This document shows, piece after piece, positions 24,206-37,141 of a DNA stretch of 64,000 nt. This stretch comes from Tricharina praecox (taxonomy: Eukaryota): positions 62,001 to 126,000 of the forward strand of contig NW_026250444.1 in NCBI RefSeq assembly GCF_024521635.1, read 5' to 3'. The notes beneath the pieces are model-generated. The model ran no database searches. It was not told where the DNA came from and worked only from the letters and a program-made list of their open reading frames with translations. Each line of letters starts with the position of its first letter. The stretch's first letter is position 1. A program made the translations under genes and the position numbers.

Positions 24206-27200
24206 CGCTGCTGCTGTGGACGACCCCTAAACGTCACTGTCAACTTCCCTCCCTCCCTTGCTTTTTGCTTGTTCCGTCCTTCCGCAGCGCCGGATGGAAG
24301 CGCACCCTGTGACAACCCCGAAACTATGCACTCTCCGCGGCGACCGTGGAATCGTGCGTGTAGGCGTGAAGCGCGCCGGATCCGATGCGTATGTAGAGTT
24401 TGGTCGCGACCTCGAGGGGAACGAACGAGCGAACGAGTGGAGCAGAGTGACTGTGGTCACGCGAAATCTCGGTGAAACGAAGGAAGAAAGAATCGTCGTC
24501 GACGTTGCGGGTTCGAAGGGAAACGGTCCGTTCAGCGGGACTCGGAACTTTTGTGCGAAATTCGCTCTCGCGCTTGTGGTAGGGAGGGGAGGGAGGGGGG
24601 AGGTTTGAGCAGAGAAGAGCTTCGCCCCGGGGGGTCAGGCCAACTGCAACTAGAGTAGAGTCCAGCAGGTGAAGCGCGGCTCGCCCGGAGTCAGGTACAG
24701 GGTTGCGTTCGGGTGTTGGATCGCCTGGTTTCTCGTTTGCGCCGTACGAAAAAGGAGTAGTTGTAGTGGTAGTAGTAGTAGTAGCGAACAACTGCTCACG
24801 CAACCACGATAGATACGGTAGATACCTACTTGATGACTTCCAGCTTCCTAGGTGGGGTGGCGGATGTGCAGATGGTAACCAGAGCAACCTACGGAGTGGG
24901 TCAATCAGAACGAGTGATGATTGTTGATGTTTGGTTCTCCATCTTCCCTCCGAGTTGCGATTTGCCTCCCTGCCCCCCTTTGATATCCAAGAGTTACGGC
25001 GAACCGCCAGCAGCCAATAAGATCATACAATCCACCACTCGGTCCACTAGTGTATGGTAGATGAACCTTACATGGACCACTGGGAACTCTCGACTGTGGA
25101 GTCGTACATATCCTGGCGTCGCGGCGGTGCTGATTCGTGGGGGCCGTGGGGGGTTGCCACAGTGACGATGGCAAAAGAGGGCGTGTTTATTTACCTCCAG
25201 TTACCAGTACTAGTGCAGTAATAGAGTGATGCCTCCCGTGATGCCTCACCGCCAAACGAGCGTGCAGCCAGCCAGCCAAACGAATCGCGAAATCACCACG
25301 AAACCACCACGAAAATCAAAACAACAAAACATCAACAAAACATCAACAAAGCAGGCGATTGGCCGGCGGGGCGGTGCAGATACCCACGAATCGTAAATTC
25401 TCACCCCACCCCACCGCAAACCGGAGCGCGACGGCTGAATATATAAGAGCACCGGTACATACGGGAAATGTGCGGCCAGTGGAGAGGAGAGGAATCCGCG
25501 TTGCGCCGTCGGAAACAAGCTTCTCGACAAATGACGCAGATACCGTCTCTGGATGATGTGTGTGTGCGGGGAAGGGCAGAAAGTAAATAAAGATCGGAAG
25601 ACGTTGAAAACATGTAACATCGCGGATTCGCGGGTGGCTGGAATTACATGCCTAGGTGCCTACTGGTATGTAGAGAAGTATGAGGTATAAAGGTATGAGG
25701 TATGTAGAATATGTGTAAACATACCAGCAGCACCATCGTCGGCGGGCCAATTTTATCGATTCATCATTCCAGATCTAAGATACCTATGCACATACCGTAC
25801 CGTACCTACAGCTTCGGACTCGGTACTCGAGGGCATGCCCATCCCCCGAGCCCCGAGTTCGGAGCCGGGAGCATACCTGAATCCGCATACCTTCACCGCA
25901 CTGCCGCCAATCCTCCCCCGTAGCGAGTAGTAGCCTCTGTGTGTTCTTCCTTCTGCACCGGAGCTCACGAACCGGCGGACGGCGGAGACGACGGTCGCAG
26001 TCGTCGCAGATGAAGTACCCGCGCTACACGAGTCGGAATTCTCCAAGCCCGCCTCACAAGATACTAGGTAGTGCACGGGAGTTGGCGAATGGCTATGGGC
26101 TGTGAGTGAATGGCAGTTGGCGAATGGCAGTGCGCGGTGGGCAGTCGGCGGTGACGGGCTTCACGCGCAATCACTCGTTGTCGGAATTCCGCCGCTCGGT
26201 GGAAGTAGTCTGGCGGGCTTTGGGCTTCGGGCTTGGATGGACTTGGGTAGCAGCGCAAGCCGGAGCTTGGAGCTTGGAATGTGGGGTCGCCGAAGCGGGG
26301 CGTGCCATTGGGTACTAGTCGTCCGCATTGTCGTCCGCCGTGCTTCTCCATTTCTATGTAGGATTCGCACTGACGGATGGAGGTTCTACATAGGTACATA
26401 CCATCAAGGGAACTGAAATAGCTCGTTCCTGAGTGTGTGCTCTGCCTTCGATCCACGATCCACGATCCACGGTCCACGGTCCACGATCCACAGTCCAAGA
26501 GCAGGCACCGTGCCGGACCGGACCGACTAGTGGCCACTCACGGAATCGCACGGAATCTCACCCGCCGTGCCGCACCATGGAGAGAAAAGTCGGATCCCAC
26601 CGGTAACTCAGCCGGCCAGCTAGTCAGCCAGCCAGGCAACGTCGGTACGGTACGGTAGGTAAGCGAGTGTGAGCACTGAGCACTGAGCGTTTCGCCATCG
26701 GGTGTCAGCCTCCGCGCAGCCCGAGGACTACCTAAGTACTCTGTGTAGGCAGCTTGCTCTACATACTACCTATGGGTAGAATACGGTACTCCATGACGTG
26801 ATTCAGGGTGTAAATTCTCCACTCACTGCTCAGTCGAGGGAACTGGCGGGGCGAGGGAGGTACATACTTGGTAGGAATGGGAGGTCTAAGTATCCACGAA
26901 GACTCAAGAGACGAGACCTGAAGATGCCAAATAGGTACTCCAGGTTGTCGCCTCCGAACCGCCACGAAGTCGAGGCTCGAGGCGCGAAGAAGCCACACCC
27001 CAGGCCCCACTGCGCATGCCCAGGCCCGCGCCGCCGTTCAACGGCCCAACACACCTCAAGGCCCGCAGAACACCATATATTTCAGGCGCCGACAATAGCA
27101 ACAGCGATATAGTGGTTATAGCAACTTTCCACAGCGTGCCTTGCGATTAGGTACACTATGTGCGAACATCACTCCCCCCACCCCCCCCCCCCCCCCCCCC

Positions 27201-30200
27201 CCCCCACCACCACCACCACCACCACGACCAGCACCAGCACTCGCCGACTGCGCACGAATCTCTGTTATGCTTACATACCACATACCACGGACCACGAACG
27301 ACGCTGGGCGACGGGTCAGGTCGCTTGCTGGTTCAGTCTGGTGCAACGTTGCGCATCACATCGCCTCGCAACGGCAGAGCATGGGCAGGGCAATCTCTTA
27401 CCCCTGAGCTGGAGGAGCCTGGAGGAGCCTGGAGGGGCTGAGAGGTTGCACACACTTCACAGAGGTATTGGCAGAGAGAGCGAAAGAGAGAGGGACCGGC
27501 CCCGCCGTCTAAAGTACTATGTGGTATAGGTAGCCTCTTCCTTCGCCGCCGGAACGACGGCATGCCGGTCGTTGTCGGTGAGGGTTGGCATGTGATACCT
27601 AGAGTAGATGGCACGGTCCGGTCCGGTGGGGGAAGGAGAGGGACTCAGGGCCCAGGAGAGAGCGGAAGAGACTCAGGAGAGGGAGGCTGGCACTTGGAGG
27701 CTAGTAGTGCGGGCTGACGGTGCGGGCTGCGGGCCGCGATAGGTAGAGTACTCGCGGGCCGCGGCGGGCCGCGGCGGGGGCGGCGGGGGCGGCGGGGGCG
27801 GTGGAGGAGTAACCACCACTTACATTCTGACTTACATATGTCTCTATATACCGGTAGTATTTACAGCGGCCAGCAGAGCAGCACGGTATTCGAGCAGGTA
27901 ACCAAGTGTCTACCTGGTGATTCCGAGTTCACGGAAAGTCCAGAATCACACCCAGAGCCGAACCAGAACCAGAGCTCAGCCTCGCCAAGAAAATCCATCT
28001 CCTTTTCTAACACGCGCAGAGACTCGGTGAAGTACGGTACGGTACGGGGTATGTACCGGTACTCTATATAGTAGTGCATACATCCGGTGGAGACGTATGA
28101 AACTACCCCGGCCGCCGACCCCGCAAGAACAAGGCGTTTGGCATTTATTTCTCTGCTGGAGCCTGGAGCTTTGAGCTCCCCTCCAGAGAGATCTATGATC
28201 AATGATCTCGCATCTGGGGGAACAAGGAAGGTGGGGCTACATGGTATCGTACCGTCAAGGCATGGCAAGGCATGGCAGGCCCGAGTCGATCCCCCGTGGA
28301 GTATTTTCGCACCATCTTTGTGTTTAGCGATATTGGCTCCGGTGGGGTGGTGGTGGTGGTCACTGCTGGTGGTTTTGTTATCTACTAGGAGTGGAGGTTC
28401 GCACGGCCAGCAGCATCGACAGTGAATCGGACGGGTGCGTGCGCAAGAGCCCCAACACTGAACAGCTTGCCTCCTCGTGGATGTGCTGCTTGCTTACATG
28501 TATGAGATCTCTACATACCTACGGATAACCACCTGGATGGATAGATATACGTTCGAGTCGAAGCACCGTCCGCCTACATACCCGCCCTTCGCCCTTCGCC
28601 CGCCAGCCCGCCAGCCCGCCAGCCCGAGAGCGTCTACGTCTGCGGACTCGGATCGACGCTCCACAACGGCCACAGATGGAAAGGGAAAGGAAAGACCGGC
28701 ACCAAGGCGCAAGTGGCAACAAGTGGTCGGTGGTCGGTGATCGGTGGAGTGGTCAGTAGTTAGCGGTCAACGGGTGTGGGGATCGATTCAGACGATTCTA
28801 CCGGCACGAGAGTACCTAGTTTTGTGGATTTGCGGATATGTCTCGTCCCTGCATGATGTGATGCGGTGCGGTCAAAGACGATTGGCTGCTACTGCTGCTC
28901 AGCGCTGCCGGCTACGAAGTCAGCCGTAGCTTGCCGTAGGTCGTTTTCCGTAGCTTGCCGTTAACTTGGAGATGGGACGATGGAGATGGGACGATGGTCT
29001 AGTAGTGGTGGTGGTGGTAGTAATAGCCGAGGCGAATCGTCGGACTGGACTGGAGCCGACTGGACGATGCCCCGGACTCTGTCGGTACTGTTCCGCCAGC
29101 GGACGGCGATGCCATAAGCATGAGCATGGGCCCTGGGCTTTTCCCCCGGTTTCCGTTGCTCGCCAGCGGCCAGGCAAAGGGGAATCAGCAGGCGAGGTCG
29201 GCGCGCAAGGTCCTCGCCAGTCGCCACGGGCGGCCTTGAAGCGGTCATTTTTGTATGTAAAGTGCGATACATCCGAACGCCGACCCCACGCAGCTCGCTA
29301 GCGTCGCGAACCCACCACCACCATCGCCAGCACCACTAATCAACTGCTATGAATATCTCCACCACCACCGCCGCCACCGCGGATCAGGAGGAGGCCGAGA
29401 CTTGTTTGCTGCGAGTGCAGGATGATGCGCAGTACCTACTCCTGGCACTCCGCAATGTACTATATAGTACTCTCGAGGTACTCTACTTGTCCGGTGGTGA
29501 GGGGAAACGGGCGGACTGACGGGAGTCGCTGCAGACAGACAGGTCAAGAATAGACAGGGAACACAGGCTGAAGAGTGTCGAGACATGGGAGTACATTCTC
29601 CACCACCTACACTACATATACCATGTATAGTGTGATACTCGTGCACATGATGGGCCATGCGGATTCCGTCACTTCGCTCGCTTCTCGCTTCTCGCATTCA
29701 CACGGCGTGAGGAATCGTGTACACAGAGTATGTATAAACGCAAGCTGTGGCAGCGTCTCGAAAAGGCTTTCCGACGCTGTTATTCGTCGCCGTCATCGTC
29801 TTGGTCGTTGTCCTCACGGAATTGCGGAAGCCCGAAGAGAAGGAAGGACGAGACCCTGATCCCCCTAAGCACGGTGGTGCACTCTCTCCGCATCGAACTA
29901 GAGTAGTTGCTGCCAACTGCTACTACCACTCCCTCTTTCTTCTTTCTGCTTCTTACTTTCTCTCCCCTGCTCCCCCTCCTTCTTCTTTCTTTTCCTACAC
30001 TCCTCCTCCTTCTTCTCCTCCTCCTCCTCCTCCTCCCCCCACAACTTCACAGACCTTGAGCGCTCCAGCCTCACTGTGGTCCCACGCTCGCTACCTCTCC
30101 TAATATCACCACAGAGTACATATTCCCACCACCACCGAACCTCACCCTCCCCCGCAATTCATCACGAATACCTCGCACCTCATACCTCATACCTCCCCTC

Positions 30201-31071
30201 CCGACGTTCGTTCCCCGTGTCCCTCCACAGCATCGAAATACCCAAGCATCTTGTTGGACTCCTCTGGTCCGTTGTAGAGTGTCGTACATAGCATAACCTT
30301 GGTACGCACACTGCACAGTCTCGTAAACCCATGCAATGCCTCCCTGTTCTTGTTCTTCCCACTCCCCTCCTCCTCCAACCGCCGCCGCCTCCTGATTCAA
30401 GATGGATGAGGGTGGGGACACAACAAAAAAAACAAAACACAAAAACAAAAAACAAACAAACACAAAAGTTATATACCGCTGACCGAGTGACGTTGCTTGC
30501 ACGTAGAAGCCTGGATCGTACTCCACCGGTAGTTACTCGTCTGAACATTGCATCCTCGCCTCCCCGTCGCTTCTGCCTCCTCGACGGATTACAGTCGCTC
30601 CGAACCGCCAGCCCACTACCGCCTTGCATCGCCGCGCCGCGCCTTGCATTCCTCGACATCCAACCCCTCGAGACGCCCCGCTTACCACCGTCCGATCGCT
30701 GCGCATTTATTCCTCCGAGGGGATTCGTAGTTCGCTGGGTTGGGTGGCACACTGTGTGATCCGTGCGCGTCTCAGGACCTTGCTCTAACCGTCACCGTCC
30801 CGCAGCGGTCGATTCGGCGAAGGAGGAGAAGGAGGGGGGTTTCATTGGGGATCACCAAGCCGCCTGCCGTCTGCCGCCAGCTTTCGCAACATCTGCGGTT
30901 GCGCAACCGTGAGATCTGGATCGGATATCTTGGAGGATTGTGTTTGGACGCAAGCGGCCGACGGTTACGCATACGAAGAGAGAGGGACGTCGAGAACCGA
31001 CCAAACGATCGGTCGACATTCGATCAGATCACGAGCGAAACATCTGACACGAGACCGGAGTACCTACGTAG
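24206..31071. promoter_or_regulatory. 6.9-kb divergent intergenic region shared by chitin synthase and its activator
   Basis: Head-to-head start codons, no credible ORF, no recognisable TE. A pyrimidine tract at about 29925-30045 suggests a transcription start about 1.1 kb upstream of the activator ATG. Confidence 0.6.
27174..27240. repeat. Poly-C run followed by (CAC)n microsatellite
   Basis: About 25-nt C homopolymer, then CACCACCAC... Confidence 0.9.
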
Positions 31072-33456
31072 ATGGCTGCCATGTCCCCCGTCGTGGCTCC
31101 CCTAGTGGTTTCCCAGACCCACTATCCCAGCGACCCGTCGTCACCAAATGGGGTCTATCCCCCATCCCCGACCTCCTCCGCAAAAAATCAGCAGCAGCAA
31201 GGACAGGTTCGCAGTCAGCAGGTGCGGCGGAAGAGCATCCCCGCCTTGTCCATGCATGAGCGACAGCATAGCTATCCCCTCAACGATATTGACGAGCTGG
31301 CGTCCCCGCAACAGCAGGACGCCGGATCGCCGGATCGAAATACGCAAGGGGGATCCGCCGCCGCATACCAGAATCAATTGCCGCAGTTCAGTGGCGGCAA
31401 CCGCGTAATGTCGCTGCAGTCAAATGACTCCCAGGACCTCGCCACACCGACTTCGGAGATGATGTTGAATCGCCCGTACCGCGACGATCCAGCGTTCCAG
31501 GACCCACTCCCGTCGCCCTCCTTCAAACCCAAACACATTATTCAGGACAATCCCATACCGCAGCCGCAGATGGCGGTGATATCATCCGGCGACAGCAACA
31601 GGTCGTCCAAGAGTTCGGGCTTCTACGCGGACGGTAGGACCGATTCGCCCGTCAGCGCCATGTCCTCCGCGGGAGAGGAGACGACGACAAAAACAACAAC
31701 ACGGAAACCCGCCAAGGTCTACCCGCACTTGCAGCAGCAACAAAACAACCCGCAATTCCAGGACTCGCCGAATAGCTCGAACCCAAGCTTCAACAATGAT
31801 TCGAGATTGACGATCAACACGGGCGGTTCGTCTTCGCCAGCATCCGATGCGAGCCCGTTCTCGCAACCTGCCGGTGGACAGCTACTGGCGCCGCAAGCCG
31901 CGTACCGAAGGAACTCGCGACCTACATCGCAGTACTCGCTGGCGCCCGACAGTCGCGGGCGATCACCAGGTGCCGAACCGCGCCTTCGTGCGGTTTCTGG
32001 CCATTCCTACGATAGTCGGCGCTCCTCGTACATGGACCTGACGCAGCCCGCGCACACGCAGGAGGAGCACCACCGGCCGGTGTCTTCGTTCGACAACTCT
32101 TACCTGCAGTCGCAGGTCGGAGCCTTCGCGTCACGGATGTCGGCCAGGCAGACGCTCGAGATGTACCGCGCCAACGCGAAGAAGACGCAGGATCCCATGC
32201 TGCAATACAACCTCGCCGTGTTTATGGTACAGCTTGCCCAGCAACAGTCGGCGGAGGGAACCTCCGCTCCTGAATCACCCGGTCTGCGGAAGATGTCTGC
32301 GGCGAGCGACTCGGCGACTCCTTCCGGCACCCCCACCACCCCCGCGGTGACGAGGAAGGAACTGCTCAAGGAGGCTCGGGAAACGCTGGAACGGATACAG
32401 TCCAAGCTCCCGCAGGCACAGTATTACCTCGCGGACGCCTACTCCTCCGGGCTGTTCAACAAGGGCCGGGAAGAGAACGAGAAGGCGTTCCCGCTCTTCG
32501 TCGCAGCGTCGAAGCACGGCCACGCCGAAGCCGGCTACCGCGCCGCACTCTGCTACGAATTCGGCTGGGGCTGTAGGAAAGACCCGCTCAAGGCGGTGCA
32601 GTTCTTCCGGCAGGCGGCGTCGAAATCGCACCCGGGCGCCATGACGCGGCTCGGCATAGCCTGCCTCCGCTCCGACCTCGGCCTCCACGATCGCTACCGC
32701 GAAGGGCTCAAGTGGCTCAAGCGCGCCACCGAAGTGGCCGACGAGCAGTACCCGAGCGCGCCGTACGAGCTCGGCCTGCTGCACGAATCCGGCTACGGCG
32801 AGAGCGTGCTCCCCGACCCCGCATACTCCGCACAGCTGTTCACCCAGGCGGCGGAACTGGGACATGCGGATTCCAACTTCAGGATGGGGGAGGCCTACGA
32901 GCACGGGAGACTCTCGTGTCCGAGGGACCCCGCCCTCTCGGTACATTTTTATACCGGCGCGGCCCAGCGCGGCCACCCAATGGCCATGATGGCACTGTGT
33001 GCTTGGTACCTCGTCGGCGCGGAACCAGTGCTGGAAAAGAACGAGGCCGAGGCGTATGCGTGGGCGAAGCAGGCGTGTGATTTCGGTACGTCCCTCCCCC
33101 CCTCGCCCCCGTTTTACAGCTACTGACAGTTGCGAATAGGCCTCCCGAAAGCGGAGTACGCAATCGGTTACTTTACGGAAATGGGCATTGGCTGTCGTCG
33201 CGACCCCCTAGAGGCTAATGTATGGTACGTCAAGGCCGCCAGCCATGGCGATGAGCGCGCCGTCGCTAGGTTAAAGGTTATCAATGAGGCGGCTGGCGGA
33301 GGCGGCGGTGGCGGGAAGAAGGCGCGGAAACTGGAGAAGGAGAAGGAGAAGGAGAAAGAGAAGGATAAAGACAAGGAGAAGGAGGGGAAGGATGGGAAGG
33401 ATGGGAAAGAGGGCAAAGAAGGGAAGGAAGGGAAGGGCGATTGCTGTATCATGTGA
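31072..33456 (+). CDS. SKT5: Chitin synthase III activator (Chs4/Skt5), Sel1-like repeats, C-terminal CaaX; exons 31072-33085 and 33140-33456
   Basis: LEMYRANAKK, AQYYLAD, ASKHGHAEAGYRAALCYEFGWG, LSVHFYTGAAQ, AMMALCAWYLVG, GLPKAEYAIGYFTEMGIG; ends CCIM*. Intron GTACGT..CTGAC..TAG (33086-33139). Confidence 0.93.
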
Positions 33457-33849
33457 TGTTTTTCTTTTTTTCTTTTTGGGTTTTTTTCTTTTCTTTTCTT
33501 TTCGACTACATTTCTTTTGGATACCTTTCTTTTTTTTTCTTTTTTTATTTTTTTGTTGCTACACGTACTTTTAGGTTGGCTGGTAGCCAAGGTACGATAA
33601 CTTCTAATCTGTGCTCTTTTTTTTGTGGTTTAGTGGATTTGTGTGTGGGGATACCTTGCGTCTGTTTTGTTTTGTGGCTGTTTTGTGGCTGCATCTTGTT
33701 TCTTGATTCTTCAGTTTGTTTGTGCGGTTGTTTGAGCGCCATGGTGTGTGTGTACATTTTAGGTACTGGAAGAGGAGCGAATCATTGGGAAAATATCGAG
33801 GGTAGGGAGTGAGGGGGCGGGGGTGTTATCTGTTTTTGATCTTATGAGA

Positions 33850-34035
33850 TGTGTGCTGTGCTGTGCTGTGAGTGAAAATGTTAGGTTAATGTGGAGAGTG
33901 AGGTTGATGTGAAGCGTGCAGTGAGTGGAGAGTGAAGTGCAGTGGAGTGCAGTGGGAGTGCAGCATGCAGTGGAGAGTAAAGCGTGCAGTAGGGAGTGAA
34001 GCTTGCAGTGCAGAGTTAGGTTGATGTGGGGTTGA
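33850..34035. repeat. Degenerate minisatellite
   Basis: Recurring GCAGTGGAGAGTGAAGC and AGGTTGATGTG units. Confidence 0.6.
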
Positions 34036-34524
34036 TGTGAGGGTACCGTAAGGGACGACAATCAAGACTGAAGACAGGCAAAGACCAGCAGCCCATCCGG
34101 GTAAGAACTCCACCTGCCGGATGACGAGCGTATCAGAACAGGAACTGCAACGGAACTGAAAAGGGAAGGGGAATGGGAATGGGAACTGCAACCAGAAATG
34201 TGTTACAGTGCCGAATTTGGTGGGTCTAAGCTTGTTGTGTTGATACAAATGCGCAAATTCCCTAGTGTGAAGTGTGAAAAGCTGACGAGGTGATGGGGCC
34301 AAGACCTAGGGGTTGCGGTTGAGCTGGCCTGAGATTGAAGGTGACTGCTTTCTCGAAGGTTTGCACTGGTTGTGTGCGCCACATATCACACAAAGCCCCA
34401 TGCAACTCTCTTAGTTGAATTTCCTTGCTTTTCTCTCTTCTTTTTGTACTATCATCTCTACAATATACACGTCTTCAACTGTTGTGTGAACAACAACACC
34501 TTCTTTTGGTTCTTCTCAGATAAT

Positions 34525-35210
34525 GTAATCAGAACACGGCACTAAAGTGGCTAGTCACATGGGGCAAGACAAGACGATTGAGTTGATCCGTCACAACTTT
34601 TCATAGCCAAAGATGGACGAACAGATCATAGACTTGGTCCGCAGCTGCGTGGAATGTCAGAAGAACAAGACAGCTCATTGCCTACCCTACAGACTGCTCA
34701 ACCCCCTCGAGCTCTCATACGCTCCATGACAGTCAATCGTGACGGACTTCATCACTGACCTACCCCTATCCGAAAAGTGTGACCAGCTGTGGGTGGCCGT
34801 GGACAGATACACCAAGGTGGCACACTTCATCCCCCTACCCAAAAATGGAAACCAGCGGCAGACCTCGCGAAAATCTTTGTGCGTGTGATATGGCGCTTCC
34901 ATGGGATACCCTCGGATATTGTACCGGATAGGGACTCGCGGTTCATATCAGGAACCTGGAAGGAGTTCACCGAGTTGTTGGGGATCCGGCCCCATATCTC
35001 CACGGCATTCCATCCCCAGACCGACGGACAGACGGAGCGCCTGGATCAAACTATTGAGGCTTACTTACGCTACTCCGTGAATCACGAACAAGACGGCGGG
35101 TCAGCCTACTACCAATGGCGGAGTTTGCAGAGAACAACTCCGCCACCACGGCAACAGGAATCTCGCCTTCTATGCGAACTACCGTTTCTACCCTACAGCC
35201 ACAAGCCCTG
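34525..35210 (+). mobile_element. Degenerate gypsy integrase fragment (related to the 37.1-44.5 kb element)
   Basis: HMGQDKTIELIR..PKMDEQII..DFITDLP..DRDSRF..STAFHPQTDGQTERL, with stops and frameshifts. Confidence 0.9.
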
Positions 35211-35319
35211 CGTGTAATAAAGTACACTGGGAAGGTACTATACGACTTGACCAAAAGGTATTTTGATGGCTGAAGGCCTGCATCCCAGTAGCTACTTAAG
35301 GCCAGGATTTCCGAATTGT

Positions 35320-36766
35320 GACACCGGGGGCCGCAAGGAAAGCGGGGAGTTCCCGGAGGGCCGAAAGGCCAAGGAAGCAACAGGGGCCAGGAAGGGGAAA
35401 ACAACAGAAGGGGACATTTACGCGGCAGCAAAGGAAGCTCTAGTAGGGGTTCCCCAGAATGTAATCAATGCCCACAAAGCGTCCAAGTGCGACTGTTGGC
35501 GTTGGGGGCGGGACGGCCACCAAACCTTCCAATGTTACCCCAGGAAGACAGTTGCGGGTACCGAACTCCCTGAGAGTCCAAAGGTGTCTTCTGTGACACC
35601 CCGATAGGTATCGGAGGTCACGACGGTCGCAAGAGATGTGATTAGATAGTTCGGGTGATTAGAATAGAGTTGCGAGCCGAAAGGATAGTTAGAAGCGATC
35701 AAGGACAAGATAGGAAGGAGGGAGCAAACGGATTCCAGAGTCTAGACAGTGATCGGAGATGCGGGAGATCGGGATAACAGTCCAGAGGACTTTGAGATCT
35801 CCGATCATAGGGCCCCGCAGTAGGAACTCTGATCCAGGAAAAAACTGTTATGACGAGAGAATCGAACATCGACCGATGGGGGCAGACAACTTCGAGCGAA
35901 GAACTCTGCCGGCGCATGAGGGAGATAATTGCTCGGAAACTCCGATCTATCTTGGGCGCGTGGTGTTTACCACCTGCCTAGTCGAGAAGACTATCCGAAG
36001 AGAGCTGACGACGACTCAAGGCTAGGCCGCGGAACTCCGATGCAAAGGAAGCAACGGAGCTACGTTAGGCCGCACTCTAGAGGAATCACGTGCTGAGGAT
36101 CGGGACGACTATAAGTCGAACCGAGCGGGCAACCGAACAAACTACAATCATCGCACCGAACAAACCATCGAACAAAACACCCTTAAGATTATTCCGTTGT
36201 GAATTATCGAAATCCCTGACTTTTATTCTATCCTCGATTTTACTATAGACTCCGACGACACAAACCCGTCCCAGTCTCACATCTTCCGTGACAAAGATAA
36301 AGCGGGACACCCAGGACACCGGACCCACCCAATCGAGGCCCAAGCAACACAAGGCTGCGGCGGATGTGGTTGAGGATGAAGCGATGACGGAGGCTCCTCC
36401 AAACTGGGAGAGGAATAAGAGTTAGCCGGAAAATTGTTGAGCGGCCCCAGCACTCCGCAGACTGGGCTGCCAAGTGTATATGTTTGCGGAACGGAGACAC
36501 TACGGCTTCAGGATAGCGGCAGCCAATCCAGAAATAAGCGAAGACGGACGGACCAACCTATTTCTACAGGTCCTACCGCGCCGAGCGCCACAGGGTGTGA
36601 GCCCAATAGACCTGTTACTGGACCACGGCCAATCGTAGAAATGATGCTCCTCTGGTCTGAGCACAAGCAACAGCGGATACGAGTACTCCTCGACACAGGA
36701 TGTGCCATTCCGATCATCAAATGAAGCCTTGCACAACAACTTGGGTTGCCCCTCATTCAACGACCC
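35320..36766 (+). mobile_element. Older copy of family A: gag C-terminus and protease, interrupted by a solo LTR
   Basis: Near-identical peptides to the intact element (GGRKESGE..HKASKCDCWR; SGPSTPQTG..VLLDTGCAIPIIK*), with premature stops. Confidence 0.92.
35592..36281 (+). mobile_element. Solo LTR, family A (690 bp), 5-bp TSD TCTTC
   Basis: TGTGACACC..GTCTCACA; reverse complement of the LTRs at 37142 and 43820. TCTTC at 35587-35591 and 36282-36286. Confidence 0.95.
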
Positions 36767-37141
36767 TGTCATGGCTCGCGACGGAATGACGAAGGGAGGG
36801 TCGGCGCGAGGATTGGAACAGTTGGGAGGCAGTGCAAGGATGAGTCGCAGAGGATTGGGGGCTGTGTGCAGGGAGCAGGGATAGCGCAGTAATGAGCCGC
36901 AAGGGATTAAGGCTGTGTGCAGGAAGCAGGGGTAGTGCGGCTGCGCAGGGTATGAGTCACGGAAGCGGAGTACTGGTAAGATGGATTTCTCAGGGTCTGG
37001 CACACGCCCACGGTCATTTTCAGGTTGCGGGAAGAAGTGGAGGATTTTCTATATACACGGGCCGTTGTCCCTCTGTATTTAGTTCTTCACGCAACAACTT
37101 GTTAATTCAATCACTGTTACCTCTGTCTCTGCCTCGGCTGC
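36767..37141 (+). mobile_element. Truncated LTR, family B
   Basis: Starts TGTCATGGC exactly where the old pol copy stops, matches about 46020-46340 in inverted orientation, and has TATATA at about 37050. Confidence 0.75.

Noticed and set aside
35759..36025. 88-aa and 72-aa ORFs present three times
   Set aside because: They lie in the LTR and recur only because the LTR copies are near-identical; no evidence of coding selection.
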